Origin: a bacterium
Lineage (GTDB): Bacteria > Bacillota > Clostridia > Oscillospirales > CAG-382
Length of the DNA stretch: 64,000 bases
Assembly (NCBI GenBank): GCA_963661975.1
Contig: CAVLDN010000002.1
Location: 69,674 to 133,673 of the forward strand
Direction: 5' to 3'
Below are positions 36,918-46,225 of this stretch, one piece after another. Made by a program: the position numbers and the translations under genes. Below the pieces are notes generated by a model that did not search any database, was not told the DNA's origin, and worked only from the letters and a program-made list of their open reading frames with translations. Each line of letters begins with the position of its first letter. The stretch's first letter is position 1.

Positions 36918-37637
36918 ATGCTTGAAATAAAGGATCTTTGCTTCACTGCCGAGGATGGCGGTGAGCGGAACGAGATACTTAAAAGTATTTCTCTGAATGT
37001 CGAAAACGGGAGCTTTCTGGTGCTTACCGGCCCCAACGGCGGCGGCAAGACAACGCTGGCAAAAGCAATAACCGGTATCGTTACGCCGACATCCGGCAGC
37101 ATCTGCTGGAACGGTACGGATATAACCGCCATGTCCGTGACCGAGCGTGCCCGCGTCGGCGTAAGCTACGGCTTTCAGCAGCCGCCGCGCTTCACCGGAA
37201 TGCGCATCGGCAAGCTGCTCTCCATTGCCGCGGGGCGTGAACTTTCGCGTATGGATTGCTGCTCCTATCTGAACAAGGTCGGGCTTTGCGCCGCCGACTA
37301 TGTCGATCGCGATGCGGACAGCTCGCTTTCAGGCGGCGAAATGAAGCGTATCGAGATAGCGACCGTGCTTGCGCGGGATTCAAAATTGATGATATTCGAC
37401 GAACCCGAGGCGGGCATCGACCTTTGGTCGTTTGCAAAGCTGACGGAAACCTTTTCCGCACTTCATAGGGACACCGATGCGACGATAATCATCATTTCGC
37501 ACCAGGAACGCATTATGGCACTTGCGGATGAGATAGCCGTTCTCCGCGGCGGCGAGATCGTTTCCCGCGGGGCGCGGGACGAAATACTTCCGGGCCTTTT
37601 GGGCGGCGGATGCGAATATATGAGAAACGGCAGGTAA
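36918..37637 (+). CDS. SufC-like Fe-S assembly ABC ATPase
   Basis: Walker A GPNGGGKTT, signature LSGGEMKRIE, Walker B LMIFDEPEAGID. Adjacent to a SufB/D-like gene. Confidence 0.8.
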   Translation: MLEIKDLCFTAEDGGERNEILKSISLNVENGSFLVLTGPNGGGKTTLAKAITGIVTPTSGSICWNGTDITAMSVTERARVGVSYGFQQPPRFTGMRIGKLLSIAAGRELSRMDCCSYLNKVGLCAADYVDRDADSSLSGGEMKRIEIATVLARDSKLMIFDEPEAGIDLWSFAKLTETFSALHRDTDATIIIISHQERIMALADEIAVLRGGEIVSRGARDEILPGLLGGGCEYMRNGR

Positions 37638-37643
37638 AGCGGC

Positions 37644-38573
37644 ATGGAAGTATTGCAGAAAAGCGATTTCGGGCTTTTGAAGGAAATCGCACTTATAGAC
37701 AAGCTCCCTACGGGGGCATTCAATATCCGCAAGGACGGCACCGCGGCGGGAAGATTCTCCACCGAAAACATAGTGATAACCTCCAAAACCGACAAATCCG
37801 GCATAGACATAAACATCCGCAGCGGAACCAAAGGCGAGAAGGTCTATATACCCGTTATTCTTACCAAAACAGGTTACAGCGAGGTCGTTTACAACGATTT
37901 TTACATCGGCGACGATTGCGATGTGGATATTATCGCCGGCTGCGGGATACATAACTGCGGCGGTGAGGAGGCGCGGCACGACGGTGTCCACACCTTCTAT
38001 ATCGGCAAAAATTCCGTTGTGCGCTATGTCGAGCGGCATTACGGAGAGGGCGACGGCAACGGCGCCCGTATCATGAATCCTGACACCGTTGCATATATCG
38101 GCGAAGGCTCGGTCATGCAGCTCGATACGACACAGATCCGCGGCGTGGATTCGACAGTTCGCCGTACAAGCGTCGATGTGGGCAAAAACGCCTCCGTTAT
38201 TATCAATGAAAAGCTGATGACACACGGTTCACAGCACGCCGAATCGGATATGACCGTCACCCTTTCGGGCGAAAACTCTACCGGCAAGGTCACTTCTCGT
38301 TCTGTTGCAAGAGATTCTTCCGCTCAGGAATTCCGACCCATCGTCATCGGCGCGAACAAATGCTTCGGCTATGTTCGCTGCGATTCCATATTGATGGACA
38401 GCGCACGGATAACCTCCTCGCCCGCCATTGAGGCAAAGCATACCTTTGCAAGCCTCACGCATGAGGCGGCTATCGGCCGTATCGCCGGCGAACAGCTTAT
38501 CAAGCTGATGACACTCGGTCTGACGGAAGAGGAAGCCGAAGAGCAGATACTTGAAGGCTTTCTCGATATGTAA
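37644..38573 (+). CDS. short SufB/SufD-family Fe-S scaffold-like protein
   Basis: 309 aa with beta-helix-type repeats, AGCGIHNCGG cysteines, and a C-terminal THEAAIGRIAGEQLIKLMTLGLTEEEA typical of SufB/D. Confidence 0.75.
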   Translation: MEVLQKSDFGLLKEIALIDKLPTGAFNIRKDGTAAGRFSTENIVITSKTDKSGIDINIRSGTKGEKVYIPVILTKTGYSEVVYNDFYIGDDCDVDIIAGCGIHNCGGEEARHDGVHTFYIGKNSVVRYVERHYGEGDGNGARIMNPDTVAYIGEGSVMQLDTTQIRGVDSTVRRTSVDVGKNASVIINEKLMTHGSQHAESDMTVTLSGENSTGKVTSRSVARDSSAQEFRPIVIGANKCFGYVRCDSILMDSARITSSPAIEAKHTFASLTHEAAIGRIAGEQLIKLMTLGLTEEEAEEQILEGFLDM

Positions 38574-38601
38574 ACCCGAATTCGTAAGAAAAACGCAAAA
38601 G

Positions 38602-38632
38602 AAAAAAGGAACCCCGTGCGGGTTCCTTTTTT
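38602..38632. terminator. bidirectional intrinsic terminator
   Basis: ggaaccc-cgtgc-gggttcc flanked by an A-run and a T-run. Confidence 0.7.
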
Positions 38633-38645
38633 GCCATATAAAGGC

Positions 38646-38936
38646 TTATCTGAAATCGGTTTCCTGCATTTTCGAAAGCCTGTCTTTTATCTCTGAGGTA
38701 TTGTCGACAAGCTCACCGTATGCATATAAAAGTGCGCAGATGATCCACATTGCGATTGGTCCTCCGATCAGACATTCTATACCGATTATCGCAAATTCCT
38801 TCGAAAACGGGCGGTATTGGGGCAGGACTGCAAGCACGAAATGCACTATCGCGGCGATGGCTGAAATAGCGACACCCACCCAAAATACGGTCTTTACAAG
38901 CAGCTTGATCTTTTTGCCGATGTTGCTAAAAAACAT
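38646..38936 (-). CDS. small membrane protein, unknown function
   Basis: ORF 38646..39218 trimmed to ATG 38936, behind a GGGGGA SD. 96 aa with two hydrophobic helices. Confidence 0.55.
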   Translation of the reverse strand: MFFSNIGKKIKLLVKTVFWVGVAISAIAAIVHFVLAVLPQYRPFSKEFAIIGIECLIGGPIAMWIICALLYAYGELVDNTSEIKDRLSKMQETDFR

Positions 38937-39034
38937 GATAAAATCCCCCTTCGACTTGCGGCAAAAGCCGCTGTTCTTTTGGGGGATTATACCATAAAAA
39001 CGGATTTTGTCAATAATTTCGCGCCGTGCCGTGT

Positions 39035-40291
39035 TCAGCAGCCGAGAAATGCGCCCTGCGCTTTGAGAGTTTCGCGCAGATGCCCGGTGTTTATCTCCGC
39101 AACGGGAAGCCCACTTGCAACGGATATTGCCGCCGCGGTGCCCGCCGCCTCGCCCAGCGTACATACAATGGGCATTATGCGTACGGATGCCTGTGCTTCG
39201 TGCGTGGCGGAAATGCATCTGCCCGCGACAAGAAGGTTTTTTGCGCCCTTCGGGATAAGCGCACGGTAGGGAATTGTGTAATATTCGCCCTTGGGAAAGA
39301 AATAATGGCTCGTGCCGGTGCCTTCCGGGTTATGTATGTCGATATCGTAATTGCCCGCGGCAATGGCATCCGGGAACCTTGTGCAGGCGACAAGCTCTTC
39401 CGATGTGATCGTGTATTCGCCGTCGATCATGCGGCTTTCGCGTACACCCGTCTGCACCGCGCTCGAAAGGATATCCGCCTTTGCACACGAGGGCAGCCTT
39501 TTGCGCAGAAATTCAAGCAGCTCGAACATCTGCTCGCGCGCCTCGATATCCGCGTCCGTCACATCGAAACAATCCACGGGATCGTGCTTTACGATGCGTG
39601 TCGCGTTCAGTTGAATTATATTCGGGAAGCAGGTGTGGAACAGCATTATGCCGTCCATCGGGTTCTTGATATTTCCGGATTTCTTTTCCTCCAGCCAGAG
39701 TTTGACAACATTCGGGAGCTCGCTGTCGAAGGTCGCCGCATCGACATTGCCTATAAGGAAGCACAATGTCATCGGCTGGCAAAGCCCGTCGCCCGGGCGG
39801 CCGTGCCTTGTGGGAAATCCCGCCGCAAAGGCGACATCGGCATCGCCGGTGCAGTCGATAAATACCTTTGCGCCCACACGGACAAGCCCGGATTTGTTCG
39901 CAACGGTTATTTCGGTAATGCTGTCGCCCGTGCGTGATGCCGAAACAAAATAGCTGTTGAACAGCAAGTCAACGCCCGCTTCGCGCATTTTGCGGTTGAG
40001 TATGAGCTTGAGGTATTCCTGGTTGAAGCTGTTTCGGAACATCGCTCCGTGGGCGCGAAGCTCGCCGACAAGTTCTTTGAATATCCCCTGTGAAAGCTGT
40101 GTGATCTCGGTATCGTCGCCGAGAACCGTTTCATTGGGCATGAAGGGGTTTACAAACATTGTCGCAGGTGCGCCGCCAAGCGCGTTTATTCGCTCGATAA
40201 GTATTACGCTTGCACCGTTCCTTGCCGCGGCAAGTGCCGCCGCAGAGCCCGAAAATCCGCCGCCGATGACGGCAACATCATAGTTTTTCAT
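39035..40291 (-). CDS. FAD-dependent oxidoreductase
   Basis: N-terminal YDVAVIGGGFSGSAAALAAARNG dinucleotide-binding motif; 418 aa. Confidence 0.8.
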   Translation of the reverse strand: MKNYDVAVIGGGFSGSAAALAAARNGASVILIERINALGGAPATMFVNPFMPNETVLGDDTEITQLSQGIFKELVGELRAHGAMFRNSFNQEYLKLILNRKMREAGVDLLFNSYFVSASRTGDSITEITVANKSGLVRVGAKVFIDCTGDADVAFAAGFPTRHGRPGDGLCQPMTLCFLIGNVDAATFDSELPNVVKLWLEEKKSGNIKNPMDGIMLFHTCFPNIIQLNATRIVKHDPVDCFDVTDADIEAREQMFELLEFLRKRLPSCAKADILSSAVQTGVRESRMIDGEYTITSEELVACTRFPDAIAAGNYDIDIHNPEGTGTSHYFFPKGEYYTIPYRALIPKGAKNLLVAGRCISATHEAQASVRIMPIVCTLGEAAGTAAAISVASGLPVAEINTGHLRETLKAQGAFLGC

Positions 40292-40303
40292 TGTTTTGTA
40301 CGC

Positions 40304-41332
40304 TTAAAAGCATTTCTTCCTTGTATTTTTGCAATCCTCTGTTCTGCCGCAGCGGTAGCAAAGCTCGTTGGCGCAATATCCGTCGCGGAAGAAGGCTACC
40401 ATATCCTCGCAGGAGGTGGCGGCAATGTTCGAAAGTGCCTCGGAGGTGAGGAACGCCTGATGGGAGGTGACAATCACGTTCGGCATTGAAATGAGCCGCG
40501 CAAGCGTGTCATCGTTGATAATATGCCCGGAGCGATCCTCGAAGAATATGTCGGCTTCCTCCTCGTAAACATCCAGGCAAGCGGCGCCGACCTTGCGCGC
40601 CTTTATGCCTTCAAGCAGGGCTTCCGCATCAATAAGCGCTCCTCGGGAGGTATTGATGATGACAACACCCTTCTTCATGCGGGATATCGCATCCGCGCCG
40701 ATCATGTGTTTTGTTTCGTCCGTGAGCGGGCAGTGAAGCGAAATGATATCGCTTTTGGCAAAAAGCTCGTCAAGCGTGACATATTCGATGCCGCTGTCCT
40801 TTGCGGGGAATTTGTCGTATGCGATTATATTCATGCCGAAGCCGCGGCAGATATCGGCAAATACGCGCCCGATTCTGCCAGTGCCGATTATACCGACGGT
40901 TTTGCCGTGCAGTTCGAATCCCGTGAGCCCGACAAGGCTGAAATTGTAATCCCTCGTGCGGATGAATGCCTTGTGTATGCGGCGTATGGAGGTGAGCAGC
41001 AGTGCCATGGCGTGTTCGGCAACGGCATAAGGTGAATATGCCGGGACATGAATCACATGGACTTTGCCGAAGGCGTGGCGCACATCGACATTGTTGTAGC
41101 CCGCGCAGCGCAGCGCGATAAGCCGCACACCCATGGAATGAAGAATATCGATGACCTTTGCATCCGCGGTGTCATTCACGAATATGCAGACACCGTCGCA
41201 CCCCTCGGCAAGCGAAGCCGTATCGGCGTTCAGCTTTGCTTCAAGGAACTTAAATTCTATTCCGTTGCGCTTTCCTTCCGCTTCAAAGGCGGGTATATCA
41301 TAGGGTTTTGTGTCAAAAAAAGCGAATTTCAT
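40304..41332 (-). CDS. D-isomer-specific 2-hydroxyacid dehydrogenase (D-lactate dehydrogenase-like)
   Basis: GIIGTGRIGRVF NAD motif. Overall LdhA-like N-terminus (MKFAFFDTKPYD). Confidence 0.85.
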   Translation of the reverse strand: MKFAFFDTKPYDIPAFEAEGKRNGIEFKFLEAKLNADTASLAEGCDGVCIFVNDTADAKVIDILHSMGVRLIALRCAGYNNVDVRHAFGKVHVIHVPAYSPYAVAEHAMALLLTSIRRIHKAFIRTRDYNFSLVGLTGFELHGKTVGIIGTGRIGRVFADICRGFGMNIIAYDKFPAKDSGIEYVTLDELFAKSDIISLHCPLTDETKHMIGADAISRMKKGVVIINTSRGALIDAEALLEGIKARKVGAACLDVYEEEADIFFEDRSGHIINDDTLARLISMPNVIVTSHQAFLTSEALSNIAATSCEDMVAFFRDGYCANELCYRCGRTEDCKNTRKKCF

Positions 41333-41335
41333 GTA

Positions 41336-41821
41336 TTATTCCTCACTGCTTTCTTCCGTGCGGAGGTGTTCGGTGATATCCTCATCCTTTGCTTCCGCCG
41401 CTTCCTTCCCGCCGAACAGATTGATTATCTTTTCAACAAGGGAGGGAGTTTTGTCGATGATGCCGTTGATGCCGTCCAGCGTGCGGTTAACAAGATCGCG
41501 CGGGGGATCGTAGGTGAGAATGTTCCCCAGCTCTATAACACGCACTTTGCCCTGCTCCACTGCGATAAAGCCGAGCGGCGTCATCGAAACGCCGGCGCCG
41601 TTTCCGCCCGCAAAATAGGCGTTTCCGTCGGTGCGCGGGGATTTCCCCGCAAAATCGCTGCCGCCGGATACGATACCGACGGTGACCTTGGAAATGGGTA
41701 TGAGCGTGACATCACCGGGCAGCTCGATCGGCTCGCCGATAACGGTGTTCATGTCGACTGTGTCGCCGATCTTCGAAAGCGCGGCGTCTATAAGCTGTTT
41801 AAGCGGAGTTTCGTTGTTCAT
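41336..41821 (-). CDS. GerW/YtfJ-family sporulation protein
   Basis: TVIGEPIELPGDVTLIPISKVTVGIVSGGSDF is typical of the YtfJ/GerW family. Confidence 0.8.
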   Translation of the reverse strand: MNNETPLKQLIDAALSKIGDTVDMNTVIGEPIELPGDVTLIPISKVTVGIVSGGSDFAGKSPRTDGNAYFAGGNGAGVSMTPLGFIAVEQGKVRVIELGNILTYDPPRDLVNRTLDGINGIIDKTPSLVEKIINLFGGKEAAEAKDEDITEHLRTEESSEE

Positions 41822-42408
41822 TATTCTGCTCCTTTTTCGGTATTTTCATTCGTTTCCTCGCCGTGTTCGAGGGATAACTGTTCGTTTGCAACGGCAAGTT
41901 CGGCTTTCGGAAGCTCCGAAATGCTTTCCAGCCCGAAGCAGCGCAGGAATGCGTCTGTCGTGCCGAATATCGTCGGTCTGCCGGGTGCATCCAGCGTTCC
42001 GCGCTCGGCTATAAGCCCCTTTTCGCAAAGCGAAGCGACAATGGCAGAGCTGTCCACACCGCGGACCATTTCGATAAAAGACCTTGTCACGGGCTGATTG
42101 TATGCGACAATGGCAAGCACCTCCAAAGCCGCTTTTGAAAGCGGCGGCGTCTTGCGCATTTCAAGAGCCTTTTTTACATAATCGGCAACATACGCCTTTG
42201 TGCAGAGCTGGTAGGAATTTTCGATGGTTATAAGCGTTATGCCGCTTTTGCGGTCATCGGAATATTTGTCCGAAAGCACTGCCGCGGCGGTGCGCAGTCC
42301 GTCCGCATCGATACAGAGTATCTCGCACAGGCGTTCGAAAGGCACGGGACTGCCGCAGGCGAAAAGTATCGCTTCGAGCGCGGCGGGAGTTTCGTTGTTA
42401 ATACTCAT
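41821..42408 (-). CDS. scpB: segregation and condensation protein B
   Basis: ALEAILFACGSPV...AALEVLAIVAYNQPVTR motifs; overlaps scpA. Confidence 0.9.
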   Translation of the reverse strand: MSINNETPAALEAILFACGSPVPFERLCEILCIDADGLRTAAAVLSDKYSDDRKSGITLITIENSYQLCTKAYVADYVKKALEMRKTPPLSKAALEVLAIVAYNQPVTRSFIEMVRGVDSSAIVASLCEKGLIAERGTLDAPGRPTIFGTTDAFLRCFGLESISELPKAELAVANEQLSLEHGEETNENTEKGAE

Positions 42409-43135
42409 CGTGTTCTGTCCTTTCGTATGAATCGGCGTTCACCCCGAGCGAAAGCTCGATATCATCGCCGTTTCGCTCGACATCTATAACGCCGTCGCGT
42501 ACAAGCTCCAGCAGTGCAAGAAATACGGCGACAGCCTCCCCGCGGGAGGTGACACGCTCAAAAAGCGTGTCGAACCGGCAAATGTGTATCTGCTCGAGTT
42601 TTGAAATAAGCGCAACCGTCTTTTCCTCCACGGAATAGTAGCGTTCCTCAATCTTTTTGAAAAGCTCCGGATCCGCCGCAGGCTCGCGCAGGGTTATCCT
42701 CGCGGCAATGCGCGAAAACGCTTCCGCAAGCAGCTCTACCGCGTGGTTGCGGGAATAATCGCTCTTTTCCGGTTCGGAGGGCGGTTTTGTGAAGGTGTCG
42801 AAATGCCCGGCGCTCTGCAGCCGCAGAAATTCCGCGGCTATCTGTGCCCGGCGGTGTTCGAGCAGTGCATCCACGAGCGGCGCACGCGGATCCTCCGCGT
42901 TTTCCTGACGCGGCAGCAGCATACGGCTTTTGATCAGCATAAGCTCCGCCGCCATCACGAGAAATTCGCCCGCAATTTCCATATCAAGGCTGCGCATAGC
43001 ATCGAGATAGGCGGTGTATTGCTCGCATATTTCGGCAATCGGAATATCGAAAATATCGATTTTGTGTTTTGATATAAGAGCAAGCAGAAGGTCGAGCGGG
43101 CCTTCGTACTGCTCGATTTTCAGGTTCAGTTCCAT
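42398..43135 (-). CDS. scpA: segregation and condensation protein A
   Basis: YEGPLDLLLALISKHKIDIFDIPIAEI N-terminus typical of ScpA. Confidence 0.9.
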   Translation of the reverse strand: MELNLKIEQYEGPLDLLLALISKHKIDIFDIPIAEICEQYTAYLDAMRSLDMEIAGEFLVMAAELMLIKSRMLLPRQENAEDPRAPLVDALLEHRRAQIAAEFLRLQSAGHFDTFTKPPSEPEKSDYSRNHAVELLAEAFSRIAARITLREPAADPELFKKIEERYYSVEEKTVALISKLEQIHICRFDTLFERVTSRGEAVAVFLALLELVRDGVIDVERNGDDIELSLGVNADSYERTEHDEY

Positions 43136-43138
43136 GGC

Positions 43139-43864
43139 TTAAAACACGAGCGAAAGCAGCCCGTACGCCGCTTTTGCGAATATCTGCATAAACCAATTCC
43201 TTGCAATATCGAGCGGATAGAATATCAGTTCGGGTATTACGGAGAACGGGTAGGGAAGCCAGGAGAGGATACCTATCGCAAGAATGATATACTGCGAATA
43301 GTAGCGCAGGCGCGCATATTTCGCCGCCGCTCTGTTGGGAAGCAGGCATATAAGAATGTTGGAGCCGTCAAGCGGCGGTATCGGGATAAGGTTGAAAAGC
43401 CCCAGTCCGATGCTCATGAGAGCGGTGTATTCGAAAAACATCGAAATGCACAGGAACACGGCGGAGGATAAAGACCACCCTGCCGCTATGGCAATAAAGG
43501 TCCAGAGCTCATAGAAAAACATCGCCGCCATGCCGTAAATGAAGTTTGCAACGGGCCCCGCAAGAGCCGTCAGCGCGAAATCGCGGCGCGGGTTTTGAAA
43601 ATTGCGGGTATTTATCGGCACCGGCTTTGCCCACCCGAAGCCGATAATCAGCAGAGATATCGTGCCGAGCAGGTCGAAATGCGCAAACGGATTGAGCGAA
43701 AGCCGCCCGTCCACCTTTGCGGTGCTGTCACCGAGCTTGTATGCGATAAAGCCGTGCGCCCATTCATGAAAGGTGAGCGGCGGTACTATCGCAAGCACCG
43801 TCAGAAGCAACTCAAGCAGGATGATTTTGATATCCGCGCCGGAATTCAGTATGGAAGTGAGCAT
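43139..43864 (-). CDS. site-2 protease family (M50) membrane metalloprotease
   Basis: HEWAHG zinc motif within a polytopic membrane protein. Confidence 0.8.
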   Translation of the reverse strand: MLTSILNSGADIKIILLELLLTVLAIVPPLTFHEWAHGFIAYKLGDSTAKVDGRLSLNPFAHFDLLGTISLLIIGFGWAKPVPINTRNFQNPRRDFALTALAGPVANFIYGMAAMFFYELWTFIAIAAGWSLSSAVFLCISMFFEYTALMSIGLGLFNLIPIPPLDGSNILICLLPNRAAAKYARLRYYSQYIILAIGILSWLPYPFSVIPELIFYPLDIARNWFMQIFAKAAYGLLSLVF

Positions 43865-43885
43865 TGTTCTGCTCCTTTCGCTGCG

Positions 43886-45517
43886 TTATTTCAGCTTGAT
43901 CATGGGTTTTTCCCAGACCTTCGGGGGTTCAAGTCCCAACATGGTAACTACCGTCGCCGCGATATCGGCAAGCCCGAAGGAGCCTTCCTCGAAATCGTAG
44001 TTTTCGGAATAGTAATTATCGTAAATGAAGCAGGGAACGGGGTTGAGCGTGTGGCTTGTCTTTGCCTTGGGCTTTCCGTCCGCGCCGACCTTGACCTTGC
44101 CGGTCTTTTTGTCGATCTCGTACATTTCATCGCAGTTGCCGTGGTCGGCTGTGATTATGGCGACACCCTTCACCTCATCCACAACCCTGAGTATCCGCGC
44201 AAGGCAGAGGTCGAGTGCTTCCATGGATATCTTTGCGGCGATAAAGGAGCCGGTGTGGCCGACCATGTCGCCGTTCGGGAAGTTGACGCGCAGGAAGCCG
44301 AATTCGCCGCTTCTGAGCTTTTCGATAAGCACATCGGCAATCTCCGCACACTTCATCCAGGGACGCTGCTCAAAGGGGACAATATCTGAGGGTATTTCGT
44401 CGTATTCCTCGAGCGTTTCGCTGAACTTGCCGCTCCTGTTGCCGTTCCAGAAATATGTCACATGGCCGTACTTCTGAGTTTCGCTTATCGCATACTGACG
44501 AACGCCGTTCTTGACAAGGAATTCGCCCATGGTGTTGCTGATTTCGGGCGGAGAGACAAGGTATTTCGAGGGGATGTGAGCATCTCCGTCGTATTCGAGC
44601 ATTCCGGCATAGAACACTTTCGGAACGCGTACACGGTCGAACTTGTCGAAATCCGCGCCGCCCTCGAAGGCCTTGCTGATTTCGATGGCTCTGTCGCCGC
44701 GGAAGTTGAAGAATATAACGCTGTCGCCGTCCTCGACCGTGCCGACGGGCTTGCTGCCTTCCGCAATGACAAATGCGGGAAGATCCTGGTCGATGGCACC
44801 GGTTTCGGCACGGAGCGTTTCGATTGCTTCCTTTGCACTGCCGAACTGCCTGCCTGTGCCGAGAACGTGCGTTTCCCAACCCTTGCGGACCATATCCCAG
44901 TTGGCTTCGTAACGGTCCATGGTGATGACCATTCTTCCGCCGCCGCTTGCGATCTTCACATCGAAATCGCCGCCGCGCAGTGTGCCGAGGAAATCTTCGA
45001 ACGGGAGCACATATTCAAGTGCGCTTGTTTCGCCGACATCTCTGCCGTCCAAAAGTATGTGGACGCGGACCTTTTTCACGCCGTCATCTTTGGCGTGGGC
45101 GATCATCGCTTTGAGGTGGTCGATATGGGAGTGGACATTGCCGTCCGAGAAAAGACCGATGAAGTGCAGGGTGTGATCCTTTGCGTTCGATACAGCCTGC
45201 TTCCAGGTGTCGCTTTCGAATATCTTGCCGGATTCTATCGCGTTGGATACCAGTTTTGCACCCTGCGCGAAAACCTGGCCGGAGCCGAGCGCGTTGTGGC
45301 CGACCTCGGAATTGCCCATATCGTCGTCGGAGGGAAGTCCGACAGCCGTCCCGTGGGCTTTAAGGCGGAAGCAATGATACTTCTGCATGAGCATATCGAG
45401 CGTGGGAGTGTCTGCCGCCTTTACGGCATTGCCCTCGACGCGGTCGCAAAGCCCGACGCCATCCATGACGATCGTAAGAACAGGGCGTTTTTCTCCCCCG
45501 AAAATTCCTTTTGACAT
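43886..45517 (-). CDS. gpmI: 2,3-bisphosphoglycerate-independent phosphoglycerate mutase
   Basis: 543 aa with LDGVGL..., GNSEVGHNALG and ADHGN motifs of iPGM. Confidence 0.9.
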   Translation of the reverse strand: MSKGIFGGEKRPVLTIVMDGVGLCDRVEGNAVKAADTPTLDMLMQKYHCFRLKAHGTAVGLPSDDDMGNSEVGHNALGSGQVFAQGAKLVSNAIESGKIFESDTWKQAVSNAKDHTLHFIGLFSDGNVHSHIDHLKAMIAHAKDDGVKKVRVHILLDGRDVGETSALEYVLPFEDFLGTLRGGDFDVKIASGGGRMVITMDRYEANWDMVRKGWETHVLGTGRQFGSAKEAIETLRAETGAIDQDLPAFVIAEGSKPVGTVEDGDSVIFFNFRGDRAIEISKAFEGGADFDKFDRVRVPKVFYAGMLEYDGDAHIPSKYLVSPPEISNTMGEFLVKNGVRQYAISETQKYGHVTYFWNGNRSGKFSETLEEYDEIPSDIVPFEQRPWMKCAEIADVLIEKLRSGEFGFLRVNFPNGDMVGHTGSFIAAKISMEALDLCLARILRVVDEVKGVAIITADHGNCDEMYEIDKKTGKVKVGADGKPKAKTSHTLNPVPCFIYDNYYSENYDFEEGSFGLADIAATVVTMLGLEPPKVWEKPMIKLK

Positions 45518-45667
45518 AGTTTTTATACCTTCCTTTTCGCATACGCTGAGCTTTGTGCGGCAACAGCGCGGATAAACATTTTTACATTATGGATTATAAC
45601 CCATTTCGCACCGCTTTTCAAGTGTATTATTCGGTTTTTTTGCCGCCGCCGCACGGCTTATTGCGGC

Positions 45668-45696
45668 TTGACACCGCGCCCGCACGGTGGTATAAT
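45668..45696 (+). promoter_or_regulatory. consensus sigma70 promoter upstream of nusB
   Basis: TTGACA (45668-45673), 17-nt spacer, TATAAT (45691-45696). Confidence 0.6.
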
Positions 45697-45736
45697 ACAA
45701 TGAATTGTTATGCAAAGCGCATGAGAGGAGATATTT

Positions 45737-46225
45737 ATGACAAGAAGGGAATCCCGCGAGGCGGCAATGGGACTTATCTTCGAACAGGATTTTGATATAA
45801 CGCGTGACCCGGAGGAAATACTCCGCCTGGCATCGGAGGAACGTGAGGAGCGGTTCAGCACCTTCGCACGCGAGCTGTTTATCCGCACGAGCGAAAACCG
45901 CGGAGATATCGATGTGAAGATCGCCGAAGGTTCGCACAACTGGAATTTCGACCGTATCGGCAGAGTTCCGCTCGCGATACTGCGCATGGCTGCCTGTGAA
46001 CTTTTCTACTTTCCGGAAATCCCGATCGAAACGACCGTCAACGAAGCGCTCGAAATAGCCAAAAAGTTTGATGACGAATCCTCCGTTGCGTATATAAACG
46101 GCGTTCTCGGCAGGCTTGCCGACGGTATGGAAAAGCCGCTTGCCTCCCCGAAGCCGGAGCACGAAGCGGAAGAAGCGGAAGAAACCGTTGCGGACGGTAC
46201 GGCGGATGCCGGTGAAACGGTATGA
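45737..46225 (+). CDS. nusB: transcription antitermination factor NusB
   Basis: TRRESREAAMGLIFEQDF... and NEALEIAKKFDDESSVAYINGVL motifs, with an acidic C-terminal tail. Confidence 0.9.
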   Translation: MTRRESREAAMGLIFEQDFDITRDPEEILRLASEEREERFSTFARELFIRTSENRGDIDVKIAEGSHNWNFDRIGRVPLAILRMAACELFYFPEIPIETTVNEALEIAKKFDDESSVAYINGVLGRLADGMEKPLASPKPEHEAEEAEETVADGTADAGETV

